Assembly (NCBI GenBank): GCA_029907465.1
Contig: JARYLV010000001.1
Location: forward strand, 76,923-140,922
DNA from: Methanomassiliicoccales archaeon
GTDB taxonomy: Archaea; Thermoplasmatota; Thermoplasmata; Methanomassiliicoccales; JACIVX01
Direction: 5' to 3'
DNA length: 64,000 nucleotides
Part shown: piece by piece, positions 61,345 through 64,000 of the stretch
How positions within the stretch are numbered: the first letter of the stretch is position 1
Layout: each line of letters opens with the position of its first letter
Notes under the pieces: model-generated
Told to the model about the DNA's origin: nothing
Databases searched by the model: none
Seen by the model: only the letters and a program-made list of their open reading frames with translations
Translations under genes and position numbers: made by a program

Positions 61345-61656
61345 AATTTATAGCCAGGGAGCAAATGGAAGGGTCATTGAACAACATATAGATAATTCTT
61401 TCCGCACCATTGTTCAAATATTTACCCAATGTGATAGTTATTCGACATATATTCAAGCAAATAGTCCATTTGTGGACAAGACGCTGCACCGCAACCTGAT
61501 TGCCCTGAAATCAGGGCGATCGCAACTCTAGTAGGAAATGCTATTCACTTCCAAATCGATAGAATGGAAAAATCATATAATAATGTTGCCCCCGATGATC
61601 AAATGGATTCGAAAATAATATCCTAAAATGGAGGCGCTGTTTATTGAAACAAAGAA

Positions 61657-62694
61657 TTATTCGATCTTGAATCTTAGGAGAGCTGCGATTCCGCCAAGTC
61701 CCTTAAGTTTTTTGCCTGCCTCGTGATGTTCGCTGACGATCGTTACAGTGCCCCGCGCCTCCTCGACTTTTTTAATGATATCCTCTATGTAATTCTCCCT
61801 CAATAGTGAGTCGACGATCAAAAGGGTCCGGACGGCACCGGCGGTAACGGCTCTTTCGACATTACCAGGGCCATAGGTTACTAGACCGTCCTTTGCAATT
61901 TCCGTTAGAACGTCCTCAACGAGCTTCGTTTCTGCAGCAACCCTTGAATCTTTCAAGACCTCGGCGCCTAACCCTTTCTTCATTATCTCATGAATGCCAG
62001 CTATTCCAGCCTGGCCGGTATGGAAAACAAAGGATTTCGTGAATATCTCAGGTGCACGCCGCTTCCCTTCGGCAAGAAGAGCCTCCTTCGCGAAACCAGG
62101 ACCGAGTATGATAACTGGCATATCGTCAATGTGAACTTGCTTGAGTTTGTCGATCACGTCACCATAGAAATCTTCCTTATCGCTTTGCTCATACATCTTT
62201 CCTACAGATTGACGTGTTATCCGGGCAATCTCCTTGATACCGAACTGAGTGAGCATTGCGATAAGCGCTTCATCGTATTCGATTGCCACAAAAATCAAAC
62301 GTGGTTGCTGGGAATCTTCGACGGCCCTCTGCAATCTCTCAAGTGCAGATCGAGGCCAATTATCCTTTGTGATCGTAATAGTTTCACCTTCTTGCAGATT
62401 AAATGTATGATAGGAACCGAGGTCTTGAGGACCTTCAACGATGGTACCAAGAATTCTCAACCTCGAATCGCTTTCCTGGAATTCGAGTTTCTCGACAGCA
62501 ATGGTCAGCGTCATTCTCTTTTTCTCTCCTCGTTCAGATCTCAGCTTGTCAGTCTTGATTTCCTCCCTCCTAAAGGTTGAGCCAGTAATCCGATCGCCTG
62601 GACGGATGATGTTATAGAGGTGCCAGAGGTCGTCAAGAGAGTCGATCTGAACCTTGATTTTCCCGCTTTTTCTGTCTTGATGGAGTATTTTCAT
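61657..62694 (-). CDS. pelA: mRNA surveillance protein Pelota
   Basis: 'MKILHQDRKSGKIKVQIDSLDDLWHLYNIIRPGDRI' and an eRF1-like C-terminal domain. I set the start at the ATG at 62694; the ORF-track start at 62766 adds 24 residues. Confidence 0.9.
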   Translation of the reverse strand: MKILHQDRKSGKIKVQIDSLDDLWHLYNIIRPGDRITGSTFRREEIKTDKLRSERGEKKRMTLTIAVEKLEFQESDSRLRILGTIVEGPQDLGSYHTFNLQEGETITITKDNWPRSALERLQRAVEDSQQPRLIFVAIEYDEALIAMLTQFGIKEIARITRQSVGKMYEQSDKEDFYGDVIDKLKQVHIDDMPVIILGPGFAKEALLAEGKRRAPEIFTKSFVFHTGQAGIAGIHEIMKKGLGAEVLKDSRVAAETKLVEDVLTEIAKDGLVTYGPGNVERAVTAGAVRTLLIVDSLLRENYIEDIIKKVEEARGTVTIVSEHHEAGKKLKGLGGIAALLRFKIE

Positions 62695-63006
62695 GGTTAG
62701 AACATGATATCGGAATTCATAGTCATATCTTGTTCCACTACACTGCTCTTTTATCACTGAGTTCATACCTTTAGCTTAATGTTTCGAATGATGGAACGAG
62801 GTTGAAAGCATGATGTTGGAGACCTGAATTGACTTACTATATGTGACTAATAAGGGAGCAGGGAGAATGGCACAGCCTGAATTCCCAATTGCGTTGGCAA
62901 ATTCCCCCGTCTTTTTTATATGTCCCAGTTCAGACAATTCCATTGAATATTGTCCAATCGCCGGGGATAAAGGTTAAGTACCGCATATCTATACCTTCAC
63001 CCTCTG

Positions 63007-64000
63007 ATGGATTCGTGCCGCCTCATCCTCGAAGATGGAAGTGTTGTCGAGGGTGTTGGCTTTGGTTTTAAGAAAACGGTTTTTGGCGAAGTCGTTTTCA
63101 ACACCGGGATGACGGGTTACCAAGAGAGTCTTACAGACCCCTCATATAGAGGACAAATTCTCATCATGTCCTTTCCCTTGATCGGGAATTACGGGGTCAA
63201 CGCACAAGACTTTGAGTCGGAAAGAGTACAGGTTACTGGTTTCGTTGTCAGGGAAGTCTGTAGTGATCCTTCCCCGATGTACGGGGGAAAGACACTTGAC
63301 GAATTTCTTAGGGAGTTCGAAGTACCAGGCATTTGTGGTGTCGATACGAGAGCGTTAATCATCAAGATCCGGGAACATGGAACCCTTCGCGGAGCAATCT
63401 CATACGATGAAGATGTGGAATCTGTTTTGGAAAAAGTCAAGAAAATGCCATTTCCCGCAGCATATAATCTCGTTGGAGAGGCAACTGCGAAAAAGATCGT
63501 CAAACACGAAAAGAAAAATGCGAAAACGATCGCCCTCTTTGACTGCGGATGCAAAGGCAGTATTTTGAAAGAGCTGAAGAAAAGATTTACTGTTATTCAA
63601 GTCCCGTACGATACGCCTGTAGAATTTTTCAGAAATAACGATATTGATGGTATCGTCATTTCAAACGGTCCAGGCGATCCTGCACATCCTGCACTCAGGG
63701 AAACAATTATCAAAACGATCCAGAAGATCAAGGAAGACTATCCAATTATGGGGATATGTCTCGGTAATCAAATCCTCGCACTTGCCTTTGGCGGACGAAC
63801 CTACAAAATGAAATTCGGTCACAGAGGTGCGAATCAGCCCGTCAAGTTTAGGAACAAAGTTTTCATCACATCGCAAAATCACGGGTACGCGGTAGACAAG
63901 GACAGTCTGATCAACGAGGGATTTCAGGCAGACCAGATTAATGTCAACGATGGTACTGTCGAAGGAATGAGGCACTGCGAGCTCCCAATATTCTCTGTTC
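63007..64000 (+). CDS. carA: Carbamoyl-phosphate synthase small (glutaminase) subunit; 3' end outside the window
   Basis: This gene is absent from the ORF track because no stop codon falls inside the window. My translation from the ATG at 63007 reads 'MDSCRLILEDGSVVEGVGFG...FNTGMTGYQESLTDPSYRGQIL...GICGVDTRAL...GICLGNQILALAFGG...FGHRGANQPV...SQNHGYAV'. Confidence 0.92.
   Translation, partial: MDSCRLILEDGSVVEGVGFGFKKTVFGEVVFNTGMTGYQESLTDPSYRGQILIMSFPLIGNYGVNAQDFESERVQVTGFVVREVCSDPSPMYGGKTLDEFLREFEVPGICGVDTRALIIKIREHGTLRGAISYDEDVESVLEKVKKMPFPAAYNLVGEATAKKIVKHEKKNAKTIALFDCGCKGSILKELKKRFTVIQVPYDTPVEFFRNNDIDGIVISNGPGDPAHPALRETIIKTIQKIKEDYPIMGICLGNQILALAFGGRTYKMKFGHRGANQPVKFRNKVFITSQNHGYAVDKDSLINEGFQADQINVNDGTVEGMRHCELPIFSV

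Noticed and set aside
63189-63975. Three minus-strand ORFs (63189-63554, 63400-63600, 63661-63975)
   Set aside because: They are antisense to an unmistakable carA reading frame that starts at 63007 and runs off the window. That frame was missing from the track only because it has no stop codon within the window.

Overview
This window reads as a compact archaeal (euryarchaeal, Thermoplasmata-like) chromosomal segment. The finer lineage cannot be fixed from sequence alone. The archaeal assignment rests on membrane LonB, Hel308, KEOPS Cgi121, Pelota, archaeal NMNAT, Clp1 kinase, the DUF35-thiolase-HMG-CoA synthase trio, and a tRNA-Pro with no encoded CCA. Positions 1-21.6 kb form a cell-envelope glycosylation island. 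It holds a 1,996-aa sequon-rich surface protein made of Ig-like repeats, seven glycosyltransferases, two cobalamin-type radical SAM enzymes interleaved with GT4 genes, a CelD-like acyltransferase, and DUF1616, CPBP and polytopic membrane proteins. Positions 21.6-43.3 kb are mostly housekeeping genes: KaiC-like ATPases, NAD salvage, Lon, Hel308, thrC/thrB and early mevalonate enzymes. This stretch is interrupted by a 1,448-aa protein built from about 20 tandem 62-residue helical repeats, which I cannot assign to any family. Positions 43.5-50 kb are gene-poor. They contain tRNA-Pro, a 1.15-kb ORF-free spacer with recurring sequence blocks, an AmiS/UreI-type channel, a DUF6485-like Cys-rich ORF and a REC-PAS regulator. 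Positions 50.4-64 kb carry pstSCAB-phoU with a divergent AbrB-PhoU regulator, a 1.4-kb spacer with frameshifted ORF debris, a LeuA/LeuCD/LeuB-family (possibly aks-like) operon, pelota, and the 5' part of carA, which is missing from the ORF track. I saw no CRISPR array, rRNA gene, transposase or integrase.
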